64,000 bases of DNA from Lepidodermella squamata. Its lineage: Eukaryota > Animalia > Gastrotricha. This document shows, in pieces, positions 1 to 13,894 of the stretch. Within the stretch, counting starts at the first letter, position 1. Each line of letters starts with the position of its first letter. The translations under genes were made by a program, and so were the position numbers. The stretch lies in assembly GCA_047495785.1 (NCBI GenBank), contig JBLDXI010000010.1:1736001-1800000 (forward strand). Reading direction: 5' to 3'. The notes beneath the pieces are model-generated. The model had not been told where the DNA came from. It saw only the letters and a program-made list of their open reading frames with translations, and did not search any database.

Positions 1-21
1 CTCGCAACCACGACCACCCAA

Positions 22-410
22 AGGGTGTATTTTTATATTCCCCGCCTCGCCCGGGGCAGCCTGCCGGATTTCACGGGAAAACAATAAAAAAATCCGGGCT
101 GGGCGGGCAATGAGCACATTTTTCTTTCGCCCGTGTTTTTTTGCGGATGAGCTAGGATTTGCCGGGAATCGCGGGAAAAAAGCAATAAAATAATCCGGGA
201 AACGCGGGCGCTTGAATGCATTCAGCAATACAGCCCAACTCTCCCGCGGGAAAGCGGGGAAACGCGGAAAAAGACGATACGGGTGAGTCGGGCTGTGCGG
301 GCAGAATAAAAAATGTACATGGGCAGTGCCCGGCTTTTTTGCGTTCGGGCAAGCAGGGCTGAATATAAAAATACACCCTGGCAGGCCGGGCTGAATATAA
401 AAATACAACC
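22..410. mobile_element. MITE-like foldback element
   Basis: 19-bp inverted repeat agggtgtatttttatattc (22-40) / gaatataaaaatacaccct (361-379), a second partial copy at 391-410, and internal CCCG/CGGG-rich repeats. No TSD seen. Confidence 0.55.
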
Positions 411-920
411 AAACGCGCAATTCCCCAATCCCCAATCTTTAACACATTTGCAGCACAAAAATTACGCATTCAACATGTTTAAGTCTGATGGATTGATGGA
501 TTGGATGAATGATGGCGGAGGGTTACTATTAAATGGAGTGGTAATTTGTCATTAGATATTCGGGACAATTTAGACACAGTAGGTAAATGAGACTAAGCCT
601 GCTGCTTTGTTTGTTTCCAGCGTGCGCTTCAGTATTATTATTTATTTACTCAGTTGGGAGAATAGGCTGGGAGAGTGCGCGACCAATTGGGAGAAAAAGT
701 TGGGATATCGGGAACACCCCTAAAAACGCTTTCGCCTTGACCGCTGCTATCTAATCAAAGTGGTAACTTCCAAGTCAAGTTTTTAATTTGAGAAGATGAA
801 CTTTGCCTCTTATTAGTCTGACTTCAATTTTTCGTTTCCGAAGACCTCTTAGTGCGGCGTACTAACGATGTCCCATTCAGGAGCGAGTCAGGCGAGCGAG
901 TCTGCTGCTGCCTTTCACTC

Positions 921-1106
921 CATATCGTTAGCGGCGCGCCAAAACAACCACTTTACTATTTATAGATTTTATATGGATAGTACGATCGAGAGTAGAAACA
1001 ATCAGTGCTCAAATGGCCTATCGTACTTTATCATTACGTTCGGCGACTTCAAGTACGATCGAATGAATCATCTAAGTGGTTGTTTTGGCGCGCCGCTAAC
1101 GATATG
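921..1106. mobile_element. MITE, 186 bp, perfect 33-bp inverted repeats
   Basis: catatcgttagcggcgcgccaaaacaaccactt (921-953) is the exact reverse complement of 1074-1106. It lies in a stretch absent from the paralogous upstream region near 30690. Confidence 0.8.
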
Positions 1107-1546
1107 TTTCGCAAAGCGGTTTGCCTCTGGATTTTCAAAATTCATGACCTGACTGCCGATATGCATCCAAAACAGATGTAATCTGCATTGGTAATGCCTT
1201 TCTGGAATCTAATCTCTGGTAAATTCAGGCTATTGTTTCACCAAAACAATCAATTACGTGCATAACGACCGTTTGGGATCTTTCTCCAAGCTACATGGAT
1301 GGCTTGCGGCAGTGTAAGGTTCGGTTAGCCATAAAACCTTCATACCAGCAAATTTATATGCTCACGAAATTAAAATCAGCAAATGTAATGCATACGAAAA
1401 TGAAGCTCAGCAAGGTTTTGTATTGTCAAGCTTTAACACGAACCAATATTTTGTAATTAAAACTCTGCAATCGAGAAAGCTTGATGACAATATCCGGGAT
1501 CAATCTATATAATCCTATCGGCTGGGTTGAATTGTTGCATTTTGAT

Positions 1547-2830
1547 ATGTCGCGTTACTTCTCCACTATTCTACTCTTTGGAAGCGTGGCTTTTTCGCAG
1601 CAAGTCCCTCTCAAATTCAAGGCGAATGAATTACATCCAAGGGATGAATTCTGCAAAAACCTGCAAACTTTCTGTCCTTACCTTCGAAATACTGACGCTG
1701 AACCTAGGTTCAGCAATGATGAGAGAGTTGAGGTAATCATACGCCTTGTGCCAATTTCATTCATCGGTCTCAGCGATACCGATCAACTCTTTTCAATGCA
1801 AGCCGAAGTTACGCTCAAGTGGCAGCTTCCTGACTGTGCTAAATGGATGAAAACCGGGAAGAATGTAACAAATCCGGGATACTGCTCGTATCGAGTAAAA
1901 GATGAAATTTGGGTGCCTCAAATAGTGCACAGCAATAGGGTCGGAAACATCGATCCATTTATATGGTAATAATTCCAAAATAATTCCTGATTCTCATGTT
2001 TTTCGATTGTTACCAACAAGGCCGGATGAGAAGAAGGCATTCATTACCCGTGATGGAATTGCTCTGCTAAGTGTCATCTCGAAATTCGATTCGACCTGTT
2101 TCCTGAGATTCAGAAAGTGAGTTGCCATGACTGAATTGAATGTATTACATATTATAATATTTCTCAATTCGAAAGATTCCCTTTCGACACTCAAGTTTGC
2201 TCGATTGACGTTGCATTTGAAAAGTTCCAGAGATATGCGGCTTTTTTCCGCGGTCAGGATTTCGGAACCAAAGATCCGTTCACAGGGGAGACGGAACTTG
2301 GCATCCAGGAATTCTCTGATGTAGATGTTTGGCGCCTGATAGGGAAAAATGCCACACGTCAGGACTCGGAAACGTTGGTCAAATTCAGCTTTATCATGGC
2401 CCGTAAAGCCGAGGGCTACATCACGACTATCATTTTACCGATGATTCTTCTGAAAATTCTTCAACTGTCCGTATTCGCTCTACCGGCTGATATGTCTGAC
2501 CGATCTGGCCTTTCCCTTACTGTTTTTCTGTCATCATCTATGCTAATGACTGTGATCAGCGAGAATATTCCTGATACTGCAGAAATCATCTGGCTCGAGT
2601 TGAATTTTGCTGTTCAAATTTCTATCGGAGTGTTTGTCTCGATTTATTGCCTCGTCACTTGTCGACTGACTAATGGTGTCAAGTCTGAACAGTACCATGG
2701 TACCATTATCTTTGTTTCTTCCAGGTGGAATTTGCGAAAGATCGATCTGATGGATGGCATCGCGTTTGCCGCGACGTTACTAATATGTTTGCTGTGCGAC
2801 ACGGCGACTTGTTTTATGATTTACTTATGA
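1547..2830 (+). CDS. Divergent Cys-loop ligand-gated ion channel subunit, family A gene A1 (exons 1547-1965, 2021-2116, 2176-2830; 389 aa)
   Basis: Signal peptide, IWVP loop-A motif, spliced Cys-loop C-FLRFRKFPFDTQV-C (Cx13C), four TM helices with M2 DRSGLSLTVFL. GT-AG introns of 55 and 59 nt keep the frame. Confidence 0.9.
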
Positions 2831-3176
2831 CTATTTTCGATTTCTTCTTATATATTACAGCGATTGATCTTCTTCGAAATTTGTTGGAAACTACTCTTAT
2901 ACCTTCATGTAAAATTCTAACTGGTCTTACAGTGATCCAAAGCCATATTTATCAGAGTATAGAGAATCAGTGAATCAGCAAGAATAAAGTTCATAATATG
3001 AGTAAGCTATAACGCCACAGCGAATTCGAAGTATTATCGGCATTTTATCGGATTCTCTTGGCTTCACAACAGAGCCGTAATTTTTTAGCAAATACGCAGA
3101 TGAGAAAAGCCCGACGGTAATTTCCGGCATAAAACTTTATCATCTCTCTGCCTGAGTTCGCATGTTGTATTTTGAA

Positions 3177-4438
3177 ATGTCGCTTTCTTGTTTCGTTGTT
3201 CTGCTTTTTGTAGAGGCGACCTATTCCTTGGACTCCATGCATAAATTTGGAGCCAATGAATCGCACCCAGATGGAAAGTTTTGTAAAAAAGTGCAAACCT
3301 TCTGCCCATACCTTCAGAGTACGACTGCTGAACCGTTGCTTAATCAAGATAGAGTACCCGTGACTATGCAACTTGTGCCTTTATCATTCATCGGCCTCAG
3401 CGATACCGGCCAGCTTTTTTCAATGATAGCTGAAGTTAGTTTGCAATGGATTCTTCCTGATTGCGCTCGATGGAAGGCAACCGGGCCGGCTTACTGCCGC
3501 TATCGCGCAAAGGACGATATTTGGGTGCCACACATTGTGCACAGCAATAGAGTCGGCTACATCAATCCATTTGTACTGTAATTAGTTTCGCTAGAATCTA
3601 CACTGCTAAGGCACTAATAAGGTATTAAAAATTTCACATATAGGACCGATCAGAAGAAGGTTTTAGCTGCAAGTGATGGAGTGGCGTCTATTAGCTTTTT
3701 CTCAAAATTTGATTCGACCTGCCTCCTCAAGTTCAAAAAGTGAGCTTACTTTCCTGCATAGATTATTAGCCAACAAACTCTCTATTTCCAAGATTCCCGT
3801 TCGATACCCAAGTTTGCTCGATAGACATCCGCACCGAAAGGTTGGAAAGGATGGTGTTTTTCTTTGTTGACCTGGGTTTCGGTAATGAAGATCCGTTAAC
3901 TGGAAAGAAAGAATCTGGGATCCAGAATTTCTCGGACGCAGATGTTTGGCGCCTGGTGGGACAAAATGTCTCACGTCAGGACTCGGATACGATGGTCATA
4001 TTTAACTTTATCATGACCCGTAAAGCCGAATGCTACATAACCACGATCATTTTACCGATGATTCTTCTGAAAATTCTTCAACTGTCCGTATTTACTCTGC
4101 CCGCTGATATGTCAGATCGGACGGGTTTTTCTCTGACAGTTTTCCTTGCTTCAACCTTCTTAATGACAGTGATCAGCGACAATATTCCCGACACTGCTGA
4201 AATCATATGGCTGGAGCTCAATTTTGCGGTGCAGATTTCTATTGGAGTGTTTGTCTCGATTTATTGCCTCGTCACTTGCCGACTGACTAACGGCGTCAAT
4301 GCTGAACTATATCTCAAAGGTAAATATACAAGGTGGAAGTTACGAAATATCGATTTGATGGATGGCATCGCGTTTGCGGCGACGTTTATGCTGGGTTTGC
4401 TCTGTGATACAGCGACTTGTTGTATGCTTTTCCTGTGA
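3177..4438 (+). CDS. Cys-loop channel subunit A2 (exons 3177-3577, 3644-3739, 3793-4438; 380 aa; alternative ATG at 3162)
   Basis: Same exon structure as A1. Cys-loop CLLKFKKFPFDTQVC; M1-M4 conserved. Confidence 0.88.
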
Positions 4439-4579
4439 ACTTATGTGTGATATCAGTTTTAGTTTTAGTAAAAAATGTGTTAAGTTCTGTAGAACTAACT
4501 TCTGTCAAGTTCTGTAAATGTGAATGTCATCAATATATCAATGGATATTTCGATAAATTTTTCAATTAAAACTTTTGGT

Positions 4580-4900
4580 TCATTTGGATATACCTGCGGG
4601 TTCGAAAGGTTCGAAAGCGATGCTTGGAACTAGGTCATTCATATTCGCAGTTACTTTTTTATCGACGACGATCACCCTTGCGAGTCTTTCGAAAGTTCGA
4701 TATTCGTACGCTGTCACGGTTTCGAGCTTAGCAGAGAGCGACGGAGAACCCCCAAACTGGTAAGGGTAAGGAAAGGCATAGGGAAGGGAGCCCCTTTGGT
4801 CGCTGATTGAATTGACTGCGGGAGCCGATTGAACTGGATGATCCCTATCAGCCCAAGTGGTGCTTCGCTCTCTGGAGCTTAGTGTAGACTGCATCGCCAT
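4580..4900 (-). CDS. Possible small orphan ORF (106 aa) of unknown function
   Basis: ATG-initiated ORF in a more GC-rich patch between A2 and A3 with no recognisable motif. Confidence 0.2.
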   Translation of the reverse strand: MAMQSTLSSRERSTTWADRDHPVQSAPAVNSISDQRGSLPYAFPYPYQFGGSPSLSAKLETVTAYEYRTFERLARVIVVDKKVTANMNDLVPSIAFEPFEPAGISK

Positions 4901-5067
4901 GCTGATTTAGTGCTGATTTTGCTACCTGTTAAGATATCTGAACTTCTTTGGTTACTTTTGTAGCTCGACTTAGAATTTCTAATTAAAAAAGGTGGCAATA
5001 TCCGTCATAAAAACTATATAAACTCATTGTTGGCTTGCGTTCATTTTAGAAACGCTGTTGACATAAA

Positions 5068-6340
5068 ATGCTGAATTCTTTATTCGCCATTCTGCTCTTT
5101 GCAGGTGCGAATTCCGGCTTCGATTCGCCTCACGAATTCGAAGCGAATGAATTACATCCATATGATAAATTCTGTAATAATTTGCAAACTTACTGCCCCT
5201 ATCTTCGAAGTACGGACGCCGAACCTTCGCTCAACGCTGGGAGGAGAGTCTTCGTAGCCATAAGGCTTTTGCGGATTACATTCATCGGTCTCAGCGACAC
5301 TGAGCAACGCTTTTCTATTCAAGCAGAAGTTTTTCTCCAGTGGCAGCTTCCTGATTGCGCCAAATGGGAGAAAATCCAAATTAATTCAACAGCTCCGCGA
5401 TACTGCCACTATCGTGTGAAGGACCAAATTTGGGTGCCACGCATCGTGCACAGCAATAGGATAGGCAATACTAATCCATTTATTTGGTAAATGCCTTCTC
5501 AATACAGTACCTAATACTTTGTTAACGTTGTCTTTCCAAGGACGGATCAAAAAGAGGCATTTGTGCTCCCTAATGCTATCCCTATACTGACTTACAACTC
5601 AAAGTTCGATTCGGCTTGTTTCCTAACATTAAAAAGGTAGGTTCATGTGTTGAATGAATGCGCTGGATCGATCTAAAATATTTCCGTCTGAAAGATTCCC
5701 ATTCGACACCCAAATTTGCTCCATAGACATCGCAACTGAAAAAATTCAGAGATATGCAGTAGGGTTTGTCGACCTAGGGTTTCAGGGCATAAGCCCGATA
5801 ACGGGTGAGATAGAACCGGAGATTCAGGAATTCTCTGACGTGGATGTATGGCGCCTGGTGGGAAAGAATGCCACACGTCATAGCTCCGGATCATCAGTCA
5901 AATTCAGCTTTATCATGACCCGTAAAGCGGAATGCTACATTACAACCATCATTTTACCGATGATCTTGCTTAAAGTTCTTCAACTATCAGTATTCGCTCT
6001 ACCTGCTGATATGTCCGATAGATCTGTTTTCTCGTTAACCGTTTTCCTTTCTTCATCCTTTTTGATGACAGTGATTACAGAGAATATTCCTGATACTGCC
6101 GAAATCATATGGCTGGAGGTTAATTTCGCTGTTCAGATTTCTATCGGAGTGTTTGTCTCAATTTATTGCCTCGTCACGTGTCACCTTACCAACGGCGTCG
6201 AATCAGAAAAGTACCTAACGTGCAATTGCACTAGGTGGAATCTGCGGAAGATTGATTTGATTGATGGAATCGCGTTTTCTGCGACGCTGATGCTGTTTTT
6301 GCTGTGTGACGCAGCGACTTGCTTTATGATTTACTACTGA
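5068..6340 (+). CDS. Cys-loop channel subunit A3 (exons 5068-5486, 5541-5636, 5695-6340; 386 aa)
   Basis: Signal peptide, Cys-loop CFLTLKRFPFDTQIC, four TM, introns at conserved positions. Confidence 0.9.
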
Positions 6341-6642
6341 CTATATCGCGCTTTCTATTCAATTCTAACTTCTGGCTATAGCTTTCTTTAATCTCGTTGA
6401 AATTCACCCCAGAACCCAGAAATCTTCTGTTTCATTCTGTTCTATCTGCAGTAACAAAACTCATTAGGACTTTTGAGGTCCCCAAGAAATGAAGAAACCT
6501 TGAATGATTATTCTATCGGATTTTCGCGGCTCGAAAAGCGGTATTTTTAATAAAAACGCAAATGGGAAAACCCCTGAAAGTAATATCCGGAATCTAACTA
6601 TAAAATATCCTCGTCTGGAAAGCCATGTAGGACGATTCTGAC

Positions 6643-7907
6643 ATGTTGCTTTCTGTTTTCCTTATTTCGCTCTTTGCTGGTGCGACTTTGTGCTACGAAT
6701 CGTCATATAGATTCAATGCCAACGAATTGCTCCCGAACGAAGAATTATGCAAAAGAATTCAGGCCTACTGTCCCTACCTTCGCAGTACTACTGCTGAGCC
6801 TAAGTATAAGAGCGTAAGAGTCCCCTTAGTCGTGCGCCTGCTGCCGATATCTTTCATCGAACTTAGCGATACCGAGCAAGTATTTTCAATGCAAGCCGAA
6901 GTAACCCTCCAGTGGCTGGTTCCTGATTGCGCTCGATGGAACTCGACCGGTCCGCTATACTGCCGCTTTCGTGTGAAGGACCAAATTTGGGTGCCTCGTA
7001 TCGCGCACAGCAATAGGATCGGCAACATTGATCCATTTCAATGGTATTTAAATTGTTTGCTATATTTCTGTGCACTTCATTTCAATGTGTTCAATTTATC
7101 ATTCACAGGCCGGATCAGAAAAAGGTATTTGTAAACCGAAATGGAGTCGCTTCTTTGAGCGTAACCGCCAAGTTCGATTCAACTTGCTTCCTCAGATTCA
7201 AAAAGTGAGCTCTAATGTCATGAGAATGCGCCGAACCGGCAAAAAATTGTCCTTTCTAAAGATTCCCATTCGATACCCAAGTTTGCTCCATTGACATAGA
7301 CACTGAAAAAGTCCAGAAATATGTAATCAGATTCTCCAGGCCGGGCTTCGAATTCGAAAATCTGCTCACGAAAGAGACGGAATCAGGGATTCCGGATTTC
7401 TCAGACGTAGATGTTTGGCGGCTGGTGGGAACAAATGCAACAATACAGGACTATGATACGCTGATCAAATTTGCCTTCACAATTTCGCGTAAAGCTGAAG
7501 CCTACATCACCAATATATTTTTACCGATGATTTTACTGAAAATTCTTCAACTATCAGTATTCGCTCTACCTGCTGATATGTCCGATAGATCTGTTTTCTC
7601 GTTAACCGTTTTCCTTTCTTCATCCTTTTTGATGACAGTGATTACAGAGAACATTCCAGATACTGCCGAAATCATATGGCTGGAGCTCAATTTTGCGGTG
7701 CAGATCTCTATCGGAGTGTTTGTCTCGATTTATTGCCTCGTCACTTGTCGACTGACTAACGGCGTCAATGCTGATAAATACCAAGAGGCTAAATTCACCA
7801 GGTGGAATTTTCGAAAGATCGATTTGATGGATAGCATTGCGTTCGCTGCGACAACGATGCTGTGTTTGCTGTACGACGCCGCGACTTGTTTGATGATTTA
7901 CCTTTGA
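6643..7907 (+). CDS. Cys-loop channel subunit A4 (exons 6643-7043, 7109-7204, 7262-7907; 380 aa)
   Basis: Signal peptide, Cys-loop CFLRFKKFPFDTQVC, four TM, conserved introns. Confidence 0.9.
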
Positions 7908-8469
7908 CTTTATTGCCTATTCTACGTGTATTCGTAGTGTTTTGTTTGATTACGAATCTTATATCTCAACTAATCTAATTTCAAAAGACTTAAAGCCGAA
8001 CGATAACTGAACTCCGGCGTTATTAGAAGAACAATATCGTCACATTTCTCTAATTCCATATAGAAATCGGTTATCCGGCTTTGAAGCCATCTGCTCAGTA
8101 AGCGATCCCTTTGTGGTGGTTTTTAAAGTTTCCAGGGCGGCTTGGTGATCTCTCTGGAACTAAAACGTGACACCTGGAAGTTTCTAACATTGATGTTTCG
8201 TATTCTCCAGACTTGATTGAAAAGACCTGTTTGAGAGAACAAATTCATCCTGTTTGTCTTAAGACACCTTCATACGACTTCCTAAGACAGGGTGTCCTAG
8301 GTGATAATCCTAACTTGCCATGCAAGCTTGTCAAAATGACTTATCTCTCAAAAATGTTTTTCGATAAATCACGACAATCAATGTACCTAAGAAACTACCA
8401 GCTGTCACGGTAAGAGATCCAGTGAGATCACCGAGATTGCCACTAAGATCAACCCTTAGTGCAAACCAA

Positions 8470-9135
8470 GGTGCGAACAACAGCCAATAATTATGAATTA
8501 TTGTCATCGCTGCATATGTCTTTGGAAAGCGGTCGACCCGAGTTGGTGCTTGCCTCGCGGTAAACCGCCAACCAGCTGGACCGATAGCTTAAAAAAGAGT
8601 CTTCTTAAGATTTTGGTTTGTTCGAAATTCATGTGAAATATATTAAAAACCCAAATAAGCCAGTTAGACGCGGGAGACCTCGTAAGTCGACCCTGTTAAT
8701 GCGACGCACGGAAATTCACAAAATTGCGGATCTAGAATTACTTGGTGCGAACAACAGCTAATAATTATGAATAATCGCTGCATTTTTTGCATGGTGATGA
8801 TTCATAATTTGTGCAAAAAAAATCACACCAAGTAGCGGAAATAGCTGCCAGAGATCGGGATGAATGGCAATTAGTGTGTAATAGCATCGAAAATTATGCA
8901 TTTTTGGGCAAAAGCAGGTTGTTAGCGATCGATCTGTCGGCCCCTGAAGCCGATCGCCTGTTGTCAGCCGTCCCCTAAACGCTCACGGGTGAGGCCTTTT
9001 TTGTACTCTCTAATATTAACATCACATGCCTACGGAGGACGAAAAATATAACTGCTTAATTTGGTCATTTGGCCATTTGGCTGCATTTTTCGCATGCTGT
9101 AGATTCATAATTTGTGCAAAAAGATTACACCAAGC
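8470..9135. repeat. Degenerate short direct duplications, probably transposon remnants
   Basis: ggtgcgaacaacagc-aataattatgaat at about 8470 and 8743; gattcataatttgtgcaaaaa...cacaccaag-like at about 8798 and 9101. Confidence 0.45.
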
Positions 9136-9425
9136 CCTAAGATTACCCCTAAGGACCAAGGCGCCGGAATGGCAAAAGTCGATTTTTCTGAACTATCTGT
9201 TTTGACCGTTTCGAATACTCCGGGGCCAGACAATGCTATGCTTCTTTTAGCCAATTTTTAGCGGAAAATGTGTTCCTTTGATTTGGCTACATTTTGAGAT
9301 ATGGCAACGTTTATAGCTAAAAAGCAAATAGTTCTGGCTCTTTTAATTAAAAAAATATCAATATCCGACATATAAACTATATAAAATATATGATTCTCGA
9401 CAGGTTTGGATTGAGTTGATATAAA

Positions 9426-10693
9426 ATGCTGAGTTCTTTTATCGCTATTCTGCTCTTTGCAGGTGCGAATTCCGGCTTCGATTCGCCTCACGAATTCGAA
9501 GCGAATGAATTGCATCCATATGATAAATTCTGTAATAATTTGCAAACGTTCTGCCCCTATCTTCGAAGTACGGACGCTGAACCTTCGCTTAACGATAAGA
9601 GAGTTTACGTAACCATACGACTTTCGCGGATTACATTCATTGGTCTCAGCGACACTGAGCAACGCTTTTCTATTCAAGCAGAAGTTTACCTTCAGTGGCC
9701 GCTTCCTGATTGCGCCAAATGGGAGAAAATCAACAAGAATTCCACAGCTCCGCAATACTGCTACTTTAATGTAAAGGACCAAATATGGGTGCCTCGCATC
9801 GTTCACAGCAATAGGATAGGCAATACTAGTCCATTTCTATGGTAATTGCTTTCTCAAAGGTACTGGATCACTTCGCTAAAGCTTTCTCTTACCTAGGGCG
9901 GATCAAAAAGAGGCATTTTTGTTTTCCACTGGTGACTCTACGCTGACTTACAACTCTAAATTCGATTCGACTTGTATACTGAAATTGAAAAAGTGAGCTC
10001 ATTTGAACGAAGGCGCTGAATCGATCTAAAATATCTCCGTTTGAAAGATTCCCATTCGACACCCAAATTTGCTCCATAGACATCGCAACTGAAAAAATTC
10101 AGAGATATGCAGTAGGGTTTGTCGACCTAGGGTTTCAGGGCATAAGCCCGATAACGGGTGAGATAGAACCGGAGATTCAGGAATTCTCTGACGTGGATGT
10201 ATGGCGCCTGGTGGGAAAGAATGCCACACGTCATAGCTCCGGATCATCAGTCAAATTCAGCTTTATCATGACCCGTAAAGCGGAATGCTACATTACAACC
10301 ATCATTTTACCGATGATCTTGCTTAAAGTTCTTCAACTATCAGTATTCGCTCTACCTGCTGATATGTCCGATAGATCTGTTTTCTCGTTAACCGTTTTCC
10401 TTTCTTCATCCTTTTTGATGACAGTGATTACAGAGAATATTCCTGATACTGCCGAAATCATATGGCTGGAGGTTAATTTCGCTGTTCAGATTTCTATCGG
10501 AGTGTTTGTCTCAATTTATTGCCTCGTCACGTGTCACCTTACCAACGGCGTCGAATCAGAAAAGTACCTAACGTGCAATTGCACAAGGTGGAATCTGCGG
10601 AAGATTGATCTGTTTGATGGAATTGCGTTTGCTGCGACGTTGACGCTCTGTTTGCTTTGTGACGCCGCGACTTGTTTGATGATTTACTTTTGA
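9426..10693 (+). CDS. Cys-loop channel subunit A5 (exons 9426-9841, 9897-9992, 10048-10693; 385 aa)
   Basis: Paralog of A3. Cys-loop CILKLKKFPFDTQIC; most of exon 3 is identical to A3. Confidence 0.9.
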
Positions 10694-11325
10694 CTGTATT
10701 GGTAAATTTACTCATGTATGATCGTATTGCATTGGTTGAACGTCAATCGCATATCTCATCCATTTTCGTTTGAAAAGGTCTCGGAGGAAAAATCGTCAAT
10801 CTCAATCTCATGTTTCCCATGTTTTATTCCGAAATTGTTTAAAACATAATGATGTTTGACGTTAATATAAAATTGAGGAGGAAAAAACTGATACTGAGTT
10901 AAATTACGGGATTCAAGTTGACCACAGCTAGCAGCGATTTCGTATAGCTTTATCGTTTTCAAAATTTATGAAAAAGGTAATTTTATCACTAATTGTCATG
11001 CTGTTGAGCTGTGACATGAAATGCGTCATATTCAATATCATTATCGGAAATGAAAGGATTAAGCTACCACCAAATTTCCGAAGTTCGGCAAGTATTCCCG
11101 CGTTTTCAGCCGATTTGTTTGATCTGAAACACTCATTGGCTGTCCTCATCTAATTTGCTTGGAGAATTAAATGGATATTTTGTTAACATCGTTGCCTATA
11201 ACAACAGAGCCCTTCCAGCGAAAACAGTCAACTTATTAGGTGGTGGTTAACTTGGTTGATTTATCATCTTTATTCGCAACTATCCTTGTTCATAAGGCGA
11301 AGCAACATTATTATTGAATTCTGAG

Positions 11326-13894
11326 TTACTCATCGGCGCTATTTTCGTAAGTTTTAGCCACTTTCAGGGTAGCAACCTTTGCAGGGGCGTGAGTCACAGG
11401 CTCCAAGGCCCGACCTTTGATTTCTTCCCCATTATCCGAGACCCTCAGCTTTCGATCACGCAATGTCGTGGTGTGATGATGCTTGGTGTGCCCAGAAAAT
11501 TCGCCCCAATCTACATCCGGACTACCCCAGCCTCCTCCAACGTTTTGACATTGCTTCATGCAAGAGTCATAGGTCCCGAAAACGAGGTCTTTGTAGTGCG
11601 AAAATGCCCTCCTAAGTATCGGTACGACGGAGCATCGTTGACTCGCCATGTCGAAGACAGTTTGGAACGTGTAATGCGGATTGAAGTGGTAGAAAGGCGG
11701 ATCCCACGTCTGCGCATGATTGCACTTATCCGGAATATCGTGAATTTTGATGCTTCGGGAAGTTGTCCTGGGGATGCATTTCTTCTCACATTTCTTCATT
11801 GACCTGAAGACTAGTTTGGTTAATTGAAGCATTTTCGCTTCCCTCTCGCCGTTCGTAGCCAACCTGCGGCATTTCTGGTGAGTTTTGTCAAAAACGATCA
11901 GGCCATCAGTTTCTGAGAAGTTGCCGTACAACTGGAAGTCTTTATCGTCGAACAAACATCTCTTAGAAACTTTCTTCTTGTGGTTGTTAGGCTTGGTATG
12001 AACGCCGCAAGTCTTCTCACACTGAGCGTGCGATTCAAAAGAAACTCGATCTTCATCTCCGCAATTCGACTTGACAATCTTGCATTTGTTTGTTCGAACG
12101 TCGAAAACGTGGTAACGTTTCTTACCAATCTTGGTACAATTCAGCATTTCGGCGGTGTCAATGTTGCATTTCCAACCATTTCTTCGACTGTGATCAGGGC
12201 TAGGCGTGGTATGGCCTAGTGGACCCTCACATTTGTCGTAGCACTGCTCCCAGAGTTCGAACGAGTAGAGTTTCGTCAATGATTCGCTGACACCCTGAGA
12301 TCGCCAAATGCAACGGTGAGCTTTCCGATCGAAAATGATGTAGTGGTTTGAAAAGTCTGTCACATCTCCCTCTTTAGGCTCGTTGAAGTTACAGATATCG
12401 GCAGGCCAAGTATTGACTGTTGGGTTTATTGGTGGCACTGTAAGAAAAAGTATAGCCTGTTTTGTGATTTTACCAACAAATCTTACCTGGAATCGATTTC
12501 ATGTATCGTTGGCAGGTATTCTGGCAGGAAAGCTTGCTGTTATGTGAATATCGTATCAGATTTTGCTCATTGCACAACGCAATTCTAGTCTCGCATTTCC
12601 CGGTTTGAATATTGAAAACAAAATGGCCTTTAGCACGTGAATCCTTTGACTTCACCTGGGTACAGTTGTGCTCTCGTTCCATGAATGAGCAGATCTGTTT
12701 TGTGCTCAGAGGTTCGACACCAATTGTCGAGTTGTCCTTGCACAAGCGTCGACATTCCCAGACATCTTTGAACGAATTCGCTTTGATTTCCTTTTCACGA
12801 CACGCTCCGGGCTTCATAACACATTTACCGCGCTCACTGTCGAAAATATGGTAGGTTTCAGTCCCGCCAATACGACAGGTTCCTGCTTTTGGGACAAATG
12901 AGCAACGAGGGTCCTTCTCGGTCATCTCGGGCTCCTCATTCGCTGCCGTAATTGGATCTCCATCTTGAGCTTTTCGGGGACGAGTTGTCGCAGTTGTTTC
13001 TTCCACATCGTCGCCCGTAGTTACATCTTTTTTAGCTGTCTTTGAGGCCTTTTGGGTGGTTGCTTCTTCGATTATCGGCTTTGTTGTTGCTTCTTCATCA
13101 GTTGCCTCGGTGGTACTTCTAGCCAATGTTGTTTTCCTCAAGGCTGGTTTCTTCGAGCTCCGCCTCAAGCACTTTGACTCGCACTCAGCTTGTGATTTGA
13201 AAGCATCGCGCTCAGCATTTGGGCATGAACTCATTAGTGACAAGCACTTTTTGCTCTTCTGATCGAAAACTGTCACTGATTGACCAGAAGGATTATCGCA
13301 AGGAAGAAGCGAATGCTGGCATTTTCGATCTTTGCCAGGTTTATGCTTTCCAGGAACAATAGTGCCATGTCTCATTCTTTTGGTTGTCCGTCGCAATTTA
13401 GCCCTGCGATTCTCAGGGGTAGTTCGTCTGGCCGTGACAGCCCTACCCTTAGCAGTTACTGGAGTGGTTGGAGTTTCATCCATTGCATTTTCTTGCTCTT
13501 GCTGCTGAATTTCATCCTTTGAAACTGGCTTCGAGGTCGTTGATTCGGTTGCAGCTTTCAGAGTTGTTGCATCATCTGTCTTCTCACTGTCATCCGCGGT
13601 TGTAGTTGCTGGAGCTTCTCTAATCGCCGATGTGGTCGTCTCTTTAGCCTTCTTGTCTTTCGCCGTGGTCTTGCTTTCCATAGTCTTGGCTGCATCATCA
13701 TCGGCCGTTTCTGTTGTAGTAGTTTCTTCGGTCTTCGTTGGCTGGTCTTCTGGCTCCACCGTGGTTGTCGCTGTAGTGGGGTCTCCTTTCTTATCTACGA
13801 CTCTCAGCACACGATCATTGTCGCCTGAAGCGCCATCGAACAGAACAGTGACAAACAAGATCAAACAAGTCAGAGATCTCATAGTTAATCGCAT
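11326..13894 (-). CDS. Secreted multi-Kunitz/BPTI-like protein K1 with Thr-rich mucin-like spacers (exons 13894-12487, 12437-11326; 839 aa; about 7 Kunitz-like domains)
   Basis: Signal peptide and repeated C...F(D/N)xxxxxC...Fxxxxx CxxxC modules. A 49-nt GT-AG intron joins the two long ORFs in frame. Confidence 0.82.

Noticed and set aside
1481-1969. Separate short ORFs such as 1481-1969 and 2375-2830 as independent genes or a soluble AChBP-like protein
   Set aside because: They join through conserved GT-AG introns into full four-TM subunits in all eight paralogs.
5673-10247. Identical 73-aa antisense ORFs at 5673-5894 and 10026-10247
   Set aside because: A by-product of the identical sense-strand tract, not genes.
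10756-11149. Two overlapping minus-strand ORFs that might form a small gene
   Set aside because: No recognisable motif or consistent splice model.
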